This document shows positions 41,872 to 51,810 of a stretch of 64,000 nucleotides of DNA, piece after piece. The DNA is taken from the NCBI GenBank assembly GCA_041695225.1, contig JBGFRI010000027.1, forward strand, positions 1-64,000, in the 5' to 3' direction. The stretch is from Deinococcota bacterium (GTDB lineage: Bacteria; Deinococcota; Deinococci; Deinococcales; Thermaceae). The notes beneath the pieces are model-generated. The model was given only the letters and a program-made list of their open reading frames with translations. It ran no database searches and was not told where the DNA came from. Position 1 is the stretch's first letter, and each line of letters begins with the position of its first letter. Position numbers and translations under genes: made by a program.

Positions 41872-42474
41872 ATGTTTCTAATTGTCGGGCTGGGAAATCC
41901 GGGGATTCAATATGCACGTACCAAGCACAATGTGGGGTTCTGGGTGCTGGATCGTCTTAGCTCGAGTTTCCAGCACCGGCGAAATGCCCTAATAGCCAGG
42001 TATGAGGTTCCGACACCTGCCGGTGAACGTGTTTCAGGCTGGCTGGTCAAACCCACCACCTTCTACAACGTTAGTGGTGAGGCCGTGGCGCCGCTGGCTG
42101 GTTTTTACAAAATTCCACCAGAGCGGATCCTGGTAGTGCATGATGAACTAGACTTACCCCCGGGCCGCCTGCGCTTCAAGGCGGGTGGGAGCAGTGCAGG
42201 GAATTATGGCTTGGAGTCCATCGCCACCCACCTGGGCACCAGGGATTTTCATCGCCTTCGCATTGGTATCGGTAAGCCCCCCAGCCCCGATGACGGAGCA
42301 GGCTGGGTGCTCACTGGCTTTCACCCCGACCTGGAAGCGGTGATGGATAAAGTGGTTCAGACTGCCGCCGAAGCGGCACAAACCTGGGTGATCGAGGGTA
42401 TAAAAGCCTGCCAGAAGAAATACAATGGGCTGAACTTTGCTACACCACCCGAGCCCACAGCGCCTGCGAATTAG
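41872..42474 (+). CDS. pth: Peptidyl-tRNA hydrolase
   Basis: LIVGLGNPG, TKHNVGF, KPTTF.N.SG, HDELD, RLRIGIG. Confidence 0.96.
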   Translation: MFLIVGLGNPGIQYARTKHNVGFWVLDRLSSSFQHRRNALIARYEVPTPAGERVSGWLVKPTTFYNVSGEAVAPLAGFYKIPPERILVVHDELDLPPGRLRFKAGGSSAGNYGLESIATHLGTRDFHRLRIGIGKPPSPDDGAGWVLTGFHPDLEAVMDKVVQTAAEAAQTWVIEGIKACQKKYNGLNFATPPEPTAPAN

Positions 42475-42480
42475 TCAGGC

Positions 42481-43314
42481 TTAGCCGAAACGGCCGGTGA
42501 TATAGGCTTCGGTGTGCGGGTCTTTGGGGTTAGTGAAAAGCTGATTGGTTGGCCCAAACTCGATCAGATCACCTAGCAGGAAGTATCCGGTAAAGTCTGA
42601 GACCCGGCCAGCCTGCTGCATGTTGTGGGTGACAATAGCTACGGTGACATGCTTCTTGAGCTCGGTCAGGAGGTCTTCGATGCTCTGGGTAGAGATGGGG
42701 TCTAGCGACGAGGTGGGCTCGTCCATCAGCAGCACCTCTGGCTGCACCGTCAAGGCACGGGCAATGCACAGACGCTGCTGCTGCCCACCGGATAGACTCA
42801 TCCCCGGCGCCCGCAGGCGATCTTTGACCTCATTCCACAGGGCGGCCTGGGTCAGAGATCGCTCAACAGCTTCGTCTAGCACGTCCCTGCGGCGCACACC
42901 CATCAGCTTGAGGCCAGCCGCCACATTGTCGTAAATGGTAAGGGTAGGGAAGGGGTTTGGCTTCTGGAAAACCATCCCAATTTTACGCCTGATCTCCACC
43001 GCGTCCACTCCAGGGGCATAGATGTTTTGTCCATCCAGCAGAGCCTCGCCCTCAACCCGCGCAATGGGGGTGAGGTCGTGCATGCGGTTCAAAGCCCGTA
43101 AAAAAGTGGTCTTACCACACCCCGAAGGGCCAATTAAGGCGGTAACGGTGTTGGCATAGATGGGCATGCTCACATTGCGTACGCCCATCTTTTTGCCGTA
43201 GTAAACCGAGAGTCCCTTGGTCTCCATGCGGGGCCGCAAATCTGCTGCCAGGGTCAGCTTGGTCTCGGTCTGACCGGTGGGCATGGAAACGCTGTAGGGC
43301 TTTTGTTGGTTCAT
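42481..43314 (-). CDS. pstB: Phosphate ABC transporter ATPase
   Basis: [47 protein letters not shown]. Confidence 0.97.
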   Translation of the reverse strand: MNQQKPYSVSMPTGQTETKLTLAADLRPRMETKGLSVYYGKKMGVRNVSMPIYANTVTALIGPSGCGKTTFLRALNRMHDLTPIARVEGEALLDGQNIYAPGVDAVEIRRKIGMVFQKPNPFPTLTIYDNVAAGLKLMGVRRRDVLDEAVERSLTQAALWNEVKDRLRAPGMSLSGGQQQRLCIARALTVQPEVLLMDEPTSSLDPISTQSIEDLLTELKKHVTVAIVTHNMQQAGRVSDFTGYFLLGDLIEFGPTNQLFTNPKDPHTEAYITGRFG

Positions 43315-43331
43315 CGAATCTCCTCCGAAAG

Positions 43332-44204
43332 CTAGTTGTATTTTCGCGTAGCCCAGCGGGCCAGCAGGCTGGCAACCAGGACCATAGAGGTTAGTATCAA
43401 AGCGGCGCCCCAGGCTTGCTCCTGGCGTAGTACCGCGGGCTCGTTGGCGTACTTGAATATGGTCAGGGCCAGGCTCTCGGTCGGCTGGCCCAGCGTTAGG
43501 TTTAGAAACTGGCTTCCCCCGGCGGTGAAGAAGAGCGGCGCGGCCTCGCCAGCGGCCCGGGCGAAGCCCAGCATCAGGCCTGTCACCACCCCAAAAGTGG
43601 CTGCCGGAATAACCAGGGAAATGGTTACTCTCCAACGGGGCAGCCCCAGGGCCACGCCTGCCTCGCGCACACTCCAGGGGACCAGCTGAAGAACCCCCTC
43701 GGTAGACCGCAATACGATCGGGGCAAGGATGATGGCCAGGGCCAGCGCGCCGGCATAGCCGGAGAACATCCCGGTAGGGAGCACAATTATGGCGTAAATC
43801 ACCAGACCTTTTAGCAAGGCCGGAAGACCGTTTAGCAGGTCGGAGATGGTACGCAGGTAAGGGGTTATGGGGTGGTCGGGGTACTCCGAGAGCAGCACAC
43901 CCCCGGCAAAGCCCAGTAGCCCACCGATTAGCAGGGCCAGCAGGTTCATCATCAGGGTGCCAACGATGGCGTGCAACAGGCCACCACCACCCTCTCCGAC
44001 TGGTCTGAACTCCTGGGTCAGGAAAGCCAGGTTTATGGTTGGCAATCCGTTGACAAAAACTGCCCCCAGAACTGCGATTAATGGTGAGAGAACGACGATT
44101 GAGCCCAGCAGCAACAGAATTACCATTACGACATTCCAAACACGCCTGACCCGAAGATTGCCCCCTTTGGGAATCGCTGAGGCGATGTCAGTGGGCGGTC
44201 TCAC
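43332..44204 (-). CDS. pstA: Phosphate ABC transporter permease
   Basis: [28 protein letters not shown]. Confidence 0.95.
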   Translation of the reverse strand: MRPPTDIASAIPKGGNLRVRRVWNVVMVILLLLGSIVVLSPLIAVLGAVFVNGLPTINLAFLTQEFRPVGEGGGGLLHAIVGTLMMNLLALLIGGLLGFAGGVLLSEYPDHPITPYLRTISDLLNGLPALLKGLVIYAIIVLPTGMFSGYAGALALAIILAPIVLRSTEGVLQLVPWSVREAGVALGLPRWRVTISLVIPAATFGVVTGLMLGFARAAGEAAPLFFTAGGSQFLNLTLGQPTESLALTIFKYANEPAVLRQEQAWGAALILTSMVLVASLLARWATRKYN

Positions 44205-45166
44205 AGTCTACCCTCCACACTCATACGCTTTACGATCCAGGCAGCCAGAAGGTTCATTGCCCCACTCATGATAAAGAGGATAAATCCCAGCGCCAGCAAG
44301 GCGCTTAGCTTCAGGTCCATCGCCTCGCCGAACTCGTTAATAATTGAAGCCGGAATGGTAGTGGCACTGCCAAAGATGGTAAAAGGCAAGTTGTTGTTGT
44401 TACCAATTACCATCACAACGGCCATAGTCTCACCCAGAGCCCGGGTGAACCCCAGGATTATACCCGCCAGAATACCCCCTTTAGCGTAGGGCAAAACTGC
44501 ATTTTTGATCACTTCCCACTTGGTGGCACCCAGGGCATAGGCCGCCTCGCGCTGAGCGCCGGGAACCAGGGCAATGGAGTCTTTGGCCAAACTGGCCGCA
44601 TAGGGTATTACCATTACAGCAAGGACAATTATCGCGGTGCTCATGCCAAAGCCAATGGGAGGGCCCAGGATGGCCAGCAGCCAGTCATGCTGGTTTTCCA
44701 TGGCCCAAATCACGATATTCTGCTGGTAACTACGGAGTATTGGGGCCAGTACCAGCAGGCCCCAGAGCCCATAGATTACGCTGGGCAGTGCCGCCAGGAG
44801 CTCAAGCGCATACTGGATGGTATTACTCAACCAGCGTGGAGCATACTCCACCGCATAGATAGCTATCGCGATAGCGGGGAAAAAAGCCAGTATTATAGCA
44901 GCCAGACTGGTAATCAGGGTTCCCAGAATAAAAGGCCAGGCCCCATACACGTTGGCCACTGGGTCCCAGGTAACACCACCCAGAAAGCCCAGCAGACCAA
45001 ACTGGGCAAAGGCCTGGCTGCCGCCCGCTGCTAGCTGCCAGCCCATCAAGACGACAATACCTATGATGGTTAGGCCGAACAACAGTAGTACTAGCAGGAA
45101 AAGCCGGTCACCAAAGGCCCGGTACAATGGAGAGTGTCTAGCGCTAAGAAAAGGTTGTGAAGCCAT
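44201..45166 (-). CDS. pstC: Phosphate ABC transporter permease
   Basis: ELLAALPSVIYGLWG, REAAYALGAT.WE, RALGETMAV. Confidence 0.95.
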   Translation of the reverse strand: MASQPFLSARHSPLYRAFGDRLFLLVLLLFGLTIIGIVVLMGWQLAAGGSQAFAQFGLLGFLGGVTWDPVANVYGAWPFILGTLITSLAAIILAFFPAIAIAIYAVEYAPRWLSNTIQYALELLAALPSVIYGLWGLLVLAPILRSYQQNIVIWAMENQHDWLLAILGPPIGFGMSTAIIVLAVMVIPYAASLAKDSIALVPGAQREAAYALGATKWEVIKNAVLPYAKGGILAGIILGFTRALGETMAVVMVIGNNNNLPFTIFGSATTIPASIINEFGEAMDLKLSALLALGFILFIMSGAMNLLAAWIVKRMSVEGRL

Positions 45167-45182
45167 AAGGAGTTCTTCCGAT

Positions 45183-45210
45183 AAAAGGGTGAGGCTGAGA
45201 AGCCTCACCC
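45183..45210 (-). terminator. Hairpin/terminator between pstS and pstC
   Basis: Minus strand GGGTGAGGCT-tctc-AGCCTCACCC-TTTT. Confidence 0.75.
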
Positions 45211-45226
45211 CGTATTATGCTACAGC

Positions 45227-46297
45227 CTAGCGAATAGGAGCACCGTTGAAGGTCATGGTGTCGACCATGGCCAGAGCGCGGCGGGCCACGTCTGGTGAGA
45301 GCCTTACCATATTAGCCCGCTCATTCAGCTCCTGGCCTTCAGTCAGAATCCAGCGCAGGAAACGCACCAGGGCTCGAGCCTGCTCGATATTACGGGCGGT
45401 TACACTCTGCTCCTGGTGAACCAGCAGCCAGGTCATGCCTACGATCGGGTAACCCTGCGGGTGGGTGGTATTGATAACGTGGCCGGGTAGCCTCAAGTCT
45501 GCGGGTATGGTGACACCATCCAGTGCCGCAGTTGCTGCCGCAAGGGTAGGACGGATCCAGTTGCCGGCCTGGTTGCGCAGGGTAGCAAAGGGCAGGTTGT
45601 TTTCCACGGCAAACTTCAGTTCCACGTAGCCGATGGCCCCAGGGGTCTGGGCCACCATGGCCGCAACCCCAGCGTTACCCCTGCCGCCCAGTGTGGTGAA
45701 GGCCGGCCAGTTGACCGAGGTTGCGGCACCTACCCGGGTTCTCCACTCGGTCGAAATGGCCGAGAGGTAGTTGGTGTAGATCAGAGTAGTACCGGAAGCA
45801 TCGGAGCGGTGAACTGCCGAGATCATCAGGGTAGGCAGACGCACATTGGGGTTAAGGGCCTGGATACGGGGGTCATTCCAGCGCACTATACGGCCCAGCT
45901 TGATGGCAGCCAGAGTGTCGGGGTCGAGGCGAATCTCGGTCTCGCGGGGAAGCATCGGCAGGTTGTAGATCACCACCACCGAGCCCAGTGCAGTGGGAAT
46001 GTGCAGCGGGGTGGAGCCGGTGGCCGTACGAATAGCGGCGATTGCTGCATCGGTCAGGGGGGCATCGGTGGCGCCGAACTGCACTACCCGGTCAGTAAAC
46101 TGGCGGATGCCCGCCCCCGAGCCTACGGCTGCGTAGCTAATACGAATGTCTGGATTGGCCCGGTGGAAGTTAGGCAGATAGTACTCGGTGTAAAGCGGTG
46201 CAGGAAAAGTTGCTCCCGCACCTGACAGGGTGACTTGCGCCATGGCTGCGCCTGCAAGGCTTAGCATGGCAGCGGCTACAACTAGCTTCTTTTTCAT
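45227..46297 (-). CDS. pstS: Phosphate-binding protein
   Basis: Signal peptide, GAGATFPAPLY, GSGAGI, HRSDASGTT, GAIGYVE, YPI. Confidence 0.96.
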   Translation of the reverse strand: MKKKLVVAAAMLSLAGAAMAQVTLSGAGATFPAPLYTEYYLPNFHRANPDIRISYAAVGSGAGIRQFTDRVVQFGATDAPLTDAAIAAIRTATGSTPLHIPTALGSVVVIYNLPMLPRETEIRLDPDTLAAIKLGRIVRWNDPRIQALNPNVRLPTLMISAVHRSDASGTTLIYTNYLSAISTEWRTRVGAATSVNWPAFTTLGGRGNAGVAAMVAQTPGAIGYVELKFAVENNLPFATLRNQAGNWIRPTLAAATAALDGVTIPADLRLPGHVINTTHPQGYPIVGMTWLLVHQEQSVTARNIEQARALVRFLRWILTEGQELNERANMVRLSPDVARRALAMVDTMTFNGAPIR

Positions 46298-46376
46298 CTC
46301 AGTTTCTCCTTGGTTTCGGTAGCAAGCGGTACAAGTAACGCGGTACCACTCTCCGAGGTATAGCTTCTCAGGCATG

Positions 46377-46393
46377 TGTCAGGGGAATGTCAG
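46377..46393 (-). promoter_or_regulatory. Putative PHO box
   Basis: Minus strand CTGACA-ttccc-CTGACA, 11-bp period, about 80 bp upstream of pstS. Confidence 0.5.
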
Positions 46394-46973
46394 GTACAAG
46401 GCAAAAAACTAATGATAGACGGTAGTTTTGCCACTACAGTGTTTGGCAGAAATTTCACTCTACCAGAAACAGTGGTTAAGGTGATTACCTGGTGGGCAGC
46501 ACAGTGTGCGGGATTTGTTTCTGCGACTAGCTCAACAGGCACAGAGCTACCTGGAGATACGAGGGTAGGCATGTCAGCGGCTTTGTAGAGCGGCTGGGGA
46601 TCACCAAAGCCCAAAAACTTGCACAGGCTCTGGGCAGTTCAAGTGTAAATTTGGATTCCGGAAAGTGAGAGGATGGAGGTCCAGCCCTCCGCGATGGAAG
46701 TATACCGCCGTCTTGAAGTGCTCGAGGTTCCGAAAGCCTCACACGGTCTTCTTCACCTACCACGTAGTGGCGTTCACTGCCTACAACCCTGCATAGGTGA
46801 TACTGTGACGAAGGGAAATAAGCACGTTCGGGGGGTGGGGCCGGCCATGCCACACTTGTCATCGGTAAATCGAGCCCTGACTTCGGCGAAAAATATATCG
46901 GAGCGTGAGCTAACAAGATTGATCGCAGCTCTGGACTACCCAGATGCCCTCCATCTGGCATATGCTGCTGCCG

Positions 46974-47528
46974 ATGCAGTGGAGTGGGGCTATTTTGGCG
47001 GGGGGGCAGTCCAGCCGGTTTGGGCAAGACAAAGCGCTGTATGTTTACCGGGGCAAGCCCCTGATTGTTTGGGCGATGGATTCGCTGGCCGAGGCCACAG
47101 AGCGTTTTGTGGTATCCAATCGGGACTATCCTGGGCTAGGGCAGGTTTATCACGACCTAAAGCTGGGCGGGGATACTTTGTCAGGGCTGCATGCGGCCCT
47201 GGTTCACGCTAAGCAGGACTGGGTGGCCGTGGCAGGCTGTGACCAACCCTTCTTAAGCAAGGAGTTCTGGCGGTTTATGCTCTGCCACATTACCCCAGAT
47301 ACCAAAGCAGTGGTGGCTGCTTCGGGGGATTTCTTTGAACCACTGGGGGGGCTTTACCATAAGTCCCTCGAGCCCGAAGTTTTGCGCCGCCTCGAGGCCG
47401 GTCAGTTCAAAGTACAGGCAGTCTTGCGCAGTATCCCACATGTAGCACTGGACAAGGCCGAGCTGGAAGCCCGTTTTGGGCCATACTTATTTCTAAACGC
47501 CAACCACCCCGGTGACCTGCCTTCGTGA
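46974..47528 (+). CDS. mobA: Molybdenum cofactor guanylyltransferase
   Basis: AILAGGQSSRFGQDKA, GCDQPF, EPL..LY, FLNAN.P.DL. Confidence 0.93.
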   Translation: MQWSGAILAGGQSSRFGQDKALYVYRGKPLIVWAMDSLAEATERFVVSNRDYPGLGQVYHDLKLGGDTLSGLHAALVHAKQDWVAVAGCDQPFLSKEFWRFMLCHITPDTKAVVAASGDFFEPLGGLYHKSLEPEVLRRLEAGQFKVQAVLRSIPHVALDKAELEARFGPYLFLNANHPGDLPS

Positions 47529-47547
47529 CTGCCCCGGCTGGCAAATA

Positions 47548-47835
47548 AGGTCTTAGGTCTCAAGTCCCAGGTCGCAGGTCTCAAGTCCCAGGTCGCAGGT
47601 GGCAAGTCGCAGGTCCAGGGTCGGACCGGGGCTGGGATGGTTTACTAGTGTCGCATGCCTAAGGTCGAAGGTCTGCCACGGTCTTGCCTTTTGGCTTTCG
47701 ACCTTCGTCGTTAGACCTTCGACCAAGCGCGCAAGCGCTTGCTCCGCCTCCACCAAGACTCCCAGCTTTTTACTCCCTGCCCTCGACTCTCGACCCTCGA
47801 CACTTTCCTTCTTGCCTTCGCCTTTCGCCTCTAAC
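47548..47835. repeat. Composite heptamer repeat locus (contains a minus-strand full unit)
   Basis: AGGTCNN tract with a 21-bp duplication; reverse complement of GCGCTTGCGCGCTTGGTCGAAGG...CCAAAAGGCAAGACCGTGGCAGACCTT. Confidence 0.9.
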
Positions 47836-47933
47836 ATGGGGTCATTTTGTTGATGTAATCTTGCTGCCAGACCATTGGCTCTCACCTTTTACCGATATTG
47901 TGCTTCTCACCCAAACCTGTACAATGAAGCGCT

Positions 47934-48980
47934 ATGGCCGGGTTGTTCTCGTTTCGCGGTGAAGATGTGGGTATTGACCTGGGCACCGCATCGGTGCTCA
48001 TTTATGTGCGTGGCAAGGGTATTGTGCTGCGTGAACCTTCGGTTATTGCCATGGTCAGCGAGACCAAGGAGGTCAAGGCCGTTGGGGCCGAGGCCTACCG
48101 AATGCTTGGCCGCACCCCTGGCAACATCGTGGCAGCCCGCCCCCTCAAGGATGGGGTAATTGCCGACTATACCCTGACCGAGCGGATGCTTACCCTGTTT
48201 ATCAGAAAAGTCCTGCCCCCATTGCGTTTTTTTCGCCCGCAAGTGATGGTTGGGGTACCCTCGGGCGTGACCGAGGTCGAACGGCGTGCGGTGGTGCAGG
48301 CGATTGTGGAAGCCGGCGCCAAACGGGCATATCTGATTGATGAACCCCTGGCTGCGGCCATTGGGGCTGGCATCAAGATTGCCGAGCCTACCGGAAGCAT
48401 GGTAGTGGACATCGGGGGAGGTTCCAGCGATATTGCGGTTATTTCGCTGGGGGGTATTGTTCGTTCGATCAGCCTGCGTATTGCTGGCAACGAGTTTGAT
48501 GAGTCCATCATTCGCTTCATTCGCAACAAGTACAGTCTGATGATCGGCGAGCGCACGGCCGAGGAGCTCAAAATCAAGATTGGGGCTGCCAAGCGCACGC
48601 CGGGCGAGCAGGATGCACTGGCCGAGGTGCGGGGGCGCGACCTGATTACGGGGCTGCCCAAGAGCGTCGAGGTGAGCACCGATGATGTGGTAGAAGCCCT
48701 CAAGGAGCCCCTGGAGAAGATAGTTCAGGGAGTGAGGAGTGTGCTCGAGACTACCCCTCCCGAGCTGGTGGCCGACATCATTGACCGGGGCATCTTGCTT
48801 ACCGGCGGGGGCGCTCTGCTGCGCAACCTGGATCTGCTGCTGCAGGAGGCTACCGGGGTGCCGGTGGTGGTGGCTGAAAATGCGGTGGAGGCCGTTGTGC
48901 TGGGTACTGGCCGGGCGCTGGACATGCTGCATGTGCTGCGCGATGCGCTGGTGACATCGGACAATGTGCTCAGGCGCTAG
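47934..48980 (+). CDS. mreB: Rod shape-determining protein MreB
   Basis: GIDLGTA, RPLKDGVIAD, VDIGGG, LTGGGALL. Confidence 0.98.
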   Translation: MAGLFSFRGEDVGIDLGTASVLIYVRGKGIVLREPSVIAMVSETKEVKAVGAEAYRMLGRTPGNIVAARPLKDGVIADYTLTERMLTLFIRKVLPPLRFFRPQVMVGVPSGVTEVERRAVVQAIVEAGAKRAYLIDEPLAAAIGAGIKIAEPTGSMVVDIGGGSSDIAVISLGGIVRSISLRIAGNEFDESIIRFIRNKYSLMIGERTAEELKIKIGAAKRTPGEQDALAEVRGRDLITGLPKSVEVSTDDVVEALKEPLEKIVQGVRSVLETTPPELVADIIDRGILLTGGGALLRNLDLLLQEATGVPVVVAENAVEAVVLGTGRALDMLHVLRDALVTSDNVLRR

Positions 48981-49009
48981 CGCGCTGGTTCGTGTTGTGG
49001 GTTTGTTTA

Positions 49010-49118
49010 GGGTCAAGAGTCAGGGGTCGAAGGACAAAGGACGAAGGTCGAAGCAACTGTCTACTATCGACCATAGACTATTGACCATAGACTATCGACC
49101 TAATGTATGGACTTCGAA
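49010..49118. repeat. Heptamer-periodic intergenic repeat
   Basis: gggtcaa gagtcag gggtcga aggacaa aggacga aggtcga ... actatcg accatag actattg accatag actatcg. Confidence 0.85.
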
Positions 49119-49155
49119 ACGACCCCGAAACAAGAACCAGAGGCGAGAACACCCC

Positions 49156-50145
49156 ATGCTGCTTTCTGAAATTGCCCGGCAGATTGGAGGCCGCCTGGAG
49201 GGCCCCGATCTGGAAATTGTTCGCCTTAACTCACCCGACCAGGCTCGGGCCGGTGAGCTAGCAGTGGTGCGGGAGGACCGGTTTCTCGAGGTGGCCCTGG
49301 CCAGTGGTGCGGCCCTGCTGCTGGGCGAGACCAGCTTTTGCCCAGATACTGTCAGTCGAATTCGCGTTCCTGATGTAGAAAAAGCCTGGCCCGCCATTCT
49401 GGCCCTTTTCAACCCGAAAATTAACTGGGCCAGGGTAGGAATTCATCCAACCGCCACCATTGAAGCCGGGGCCAGGGTAGACCCTACCGCGTCGGTTGGG
49501 GCCTACGTCCTGGTCTGCCAGGGGGCCAGCATTGCCGCGGGTGCGGTAATTGCCCCTTTCTGCTACATTGGCGAAGGGGCAGAAATTGGCCCCCGAACGG
49601 TGCTGGAGCCCAGGGTTACCCTCTACCGCAACACCTGCCTGGGGGCCGACTGCCAGATTGGCGCGGGAGCAGTGCTGGGAGCAGTGGGGTTTGGGTTTCA
49701 AGGCCTCCAGCGCCTGCCCCACACCGGCAGGGTGGTGCTGGAGGACGGGGTGGAGCTGGGAGCGGGCAGCGTGGTGCAGCGCAGTCTGGTGGGAGAGACC
49801 CGAATTGGTGCAAACACTAAAATTGGCGATTTAACCGACATTGGCCACAACGTGCAAATTGGCAAGGGTGTAGTTATGGTTGGTAGCAGCGCGATTGGTG
49901 GAAGCGCGGTGATCGAAGATGGCGTCTTGATGGGAGGATGGGTGGTGCTCTCGGACCATGTGCGGGTGGGCAAGGGCGCCAGGCTGACAGGCGGCAGCGG
50001 GATTTCCAAGCATGTTCCACCCGGCGAAACCTGGGCCAGTGGAATACCCGCGCAGCCCATCCGCAAGCACTGGCGTCGGCTGGCCGTTTTGGACTGGCTG
50101 GTGAGCGTCGAGCGCACCTTACGGCAGCTCCTGAAGCAGCCTTAG
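49156..50145 (+). CDS. lpxD: UDP-3-O-acylglucosamine N-acyltransferase (LpxD-like)
   Basis: Hexapeptide repeats, GIHPTA.I, GFGF, KI....IGHNV.IG. Confidence 0.88.
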   Translation: MLLSEIARQIGGRLEGPDLEIVRLNSPDQARAGELAVVREDRFLEVALASGAALLLGETSFCPDTVSRIRVPDVEKAWPAILALFNPKINWARVGIHPTATIEAGARVDPTASVGAYVLVCQGASIAAGAVIAPFCYIGEGAEIGPRTVLEPRVTLYRNTCLGADCQIGAGAVLGAVGFGFQGLQRLPHTGRVVLEDGVELGAGSVVQRSLVGETRIGANTKIGDLTDIGHNVQIGKGVVMVGSSAIGGSAVIEDGVLMGGWVVLSDHVRVGKGARLTGGSGISKHVPPGETWASGIPAQPIRKHWRRLAVLDWLVSVERTLRQLLKQP

Positions 50146-50167
50146 ATGACTTTTTGCTTTAGCTCCC

Positions 50168-50920
50168 ATGACGATTAGCGGTATTGGTCTCCATTCTGGT
50201 GAACAGAGTACGGTGCGGTTTCATCCGGCCGAGGGGCCGGTGCGTTTTCGCGTAGGTGGGCTCGAGTTTCGCCCCCTGGCCTCCAAAGTAGTAGACACCA
50301 CTCGCTGTACGGTAATTGGCCATAACACTCTCAGACTGATGACGGTCGAGCATCTGCTGGCGGCGCTCTACCTCCGTGGAATCTGGGAGGGTCTGGTCAT
50401 CGAAGTGTCGGGCCCGGAGGTTCCCATTCTGGATGGCAGCGCCCAGGAGTGGCTGGCGGCCTTGCAGGGCTTCCCGGCACTCGGTCCACAACCTCAGCCC
50501 TTGAGCGAAATTACCCGAATTGAGGAGGATCGCAGCAGCGTGCTGGCCCAGCCAGCCGAGACTTTCTCGCTAAGTGCAACAATTTTTTTCCCGCACCCCA
50601 GGATTGGCTATCAGCAGGTGCAGAGCCCCCCCACCAGACTAGAAGAGCTTGCCCCGGCGCGCACCTTTGGCTTTTTACATGAGGTTGAGGCTATGCGGGC
50701 CAGGGGTCTTATCCGAGGGGCCACGCTGGAGAATGCCCTGGTCTTTAGCCAGCACGACTTTGTCAATACTCCCCGCATGCTGCACGAGCCGGCCTGGCAC
50801 AAGGCCCTGGATTTTCTGGGCGATCTGTACCTGGCGGGCAGGCCCTACCAGGGCGGTTTTGTGGTGCACCGCGGCTCCCACCGGTTGCATGTGGAGCTGG
50901 CAAGGCGGTTGCAGGGCTGA
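50168..50920 (+). CDS. lpxC: UDP-3-O-acyl-GlcNAc deacetylase (LpxC-like)
   Basis: GIGLHSG, TVEHLLAAL, EVPILDGSA, APARTFGF, HKALDFLGDL. Confidence 0.93.
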   Translation: MTISGIGLHSGEQSTVRFHPAEGPVRFRVGGLEFRPLASKVVDTTRCTVIGHNTLRLMTVEHLLAALYLRGIWEGLVIEVSGPEVPILDGSAQEWLAALQGFPALGPQPQPLSEITRIEEDRSSVLAQPAETFSLSATIFFPHPRIGYQQVQSPPTRLEELAPARTFGFLHEVEAMRARGLIRGATLENALVFSQHDFVNTPRMLHEPAWHKALDFLGDLYLAGRPYQGGFVVHRGSHRLHVELARRLQG

Positions 50921-51340
50921 AGCAGCACGCTCTGTCCTGGGTCTTTCAACCGATCCTTACCCCAGGTTCGCAAGGAGCGGGATGAGTTTTTGGACGCCGT
51001 GCAGTCGGCCGGTCTGCGCCTTGTCCACGCGCTGGCTCGGAGCGCCTACGCGGTACAATAGGTACGGGCCATGCTGGGTTTGGAGATAGCCCCACCACCT
51101 TCCCCCAAGCCGGTTCATGCCAGCCCCCAACCTCTTCGTCCCCCATTTGCCCCGAGCGTGTGGCCCCAATGGTCAAGCGAAAGGCCAATCAATGCGAGCA
51201 CGCGGGAAAGCGCTTTTGGGCTTGTAACTGTTACTAGGAGTGCAGGGCATTCGTATCCATCGGGGGTAGGACGCCGGGGTAGAGAATATAGGGCCCAGTC
51301 CCGCTCAACACAGCTCGAGGTCATCCCCTATAATTGGGCC

Positions 51341-51523
51341 ATGTCGGTGAAAGAGCGCATGACCGAGATCATCAAGGCTCAGCCGGATGACAGCAGTTTC
51401 GAGGAGATTCTGCGTGAATTGGCCTTTGCCCGGATGGTTGAACTGGGACTAGAAGATTCGAGGGCCGGACGTACCGTATCCACCGAAGAGCTCAAGCAGA
51501 AGGCAGCCTTGTGGCGCGGGTAA
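51341..51523 (+). CDS. Putative antitoxin of a type II TA pair
   Basis: 60-aa ORF (QPDDSSFEEILREL...GLEDSRAGRTVS) overlapping the toxin start; TATAAT 6 nt upstream of the ATG. Confidence 0.8.
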   Translation: MSVKERMTEIIKAQPDDSSFEEILRELAFARMVELGLEDSRAGRTVSTEELKQKAALWRG

Positions 51524-51810
51524 ACTGGACGCTCCAGGCCGAGCGCTGGTTACAGAAGATTCACGGCTACATCGCGGAGCGAAACCCCGAGGCCGCGGCA
51601 AAGGTTGTTTTAGACCTGATTCGCCAGGCTGACACGCTGGCGCTTTTTCCCGAGATGGGGTACAAGTACCGTTCTGAACCGGAAGGTGATATCCGCGTGT
51701 TGGTTTACGGCCACTACAAAATTGCCTATCTGCTGAGGTCGCAGGACGAGGTAGTTGTGCTCGGGATTTTTCATGGGGCGATGGAGATGGATCAATATCT
51801 GGATCAGTAG
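51511..51810 (+). CDS. RelE/ParE-family toxin
   Basis: V.WT..A...L..I..YIA..NP.AA, FPEMG, Y.I.Y, IFHG. Confidence 0.9.
   Translation: MARVNWTLQAERWLQKIHGYIAERNPEAAAKVVLDLIRQADTLALFPEMGYKYRSEPEGDIRVLVYGHYKIAYLLRSQDEVVVLGIFHGAMEMDQYLDQ

Noticed and set aside
42481..44139. 552-aa PstB with a long N-terminal extension
   Set aside because: The extension is an alternative frame of pstA; the real start is at 43314 with an RBS. The same artefact affects the listed starts of GH42, lpxD, metY, galK, the hydrolase and the antiporter.
51089..51153. G-quadruplex on the minus strand upstream of the TA pair
   Set aside because: The G-runs are separated by long, irregular loops and are expected by chance at this GC content.
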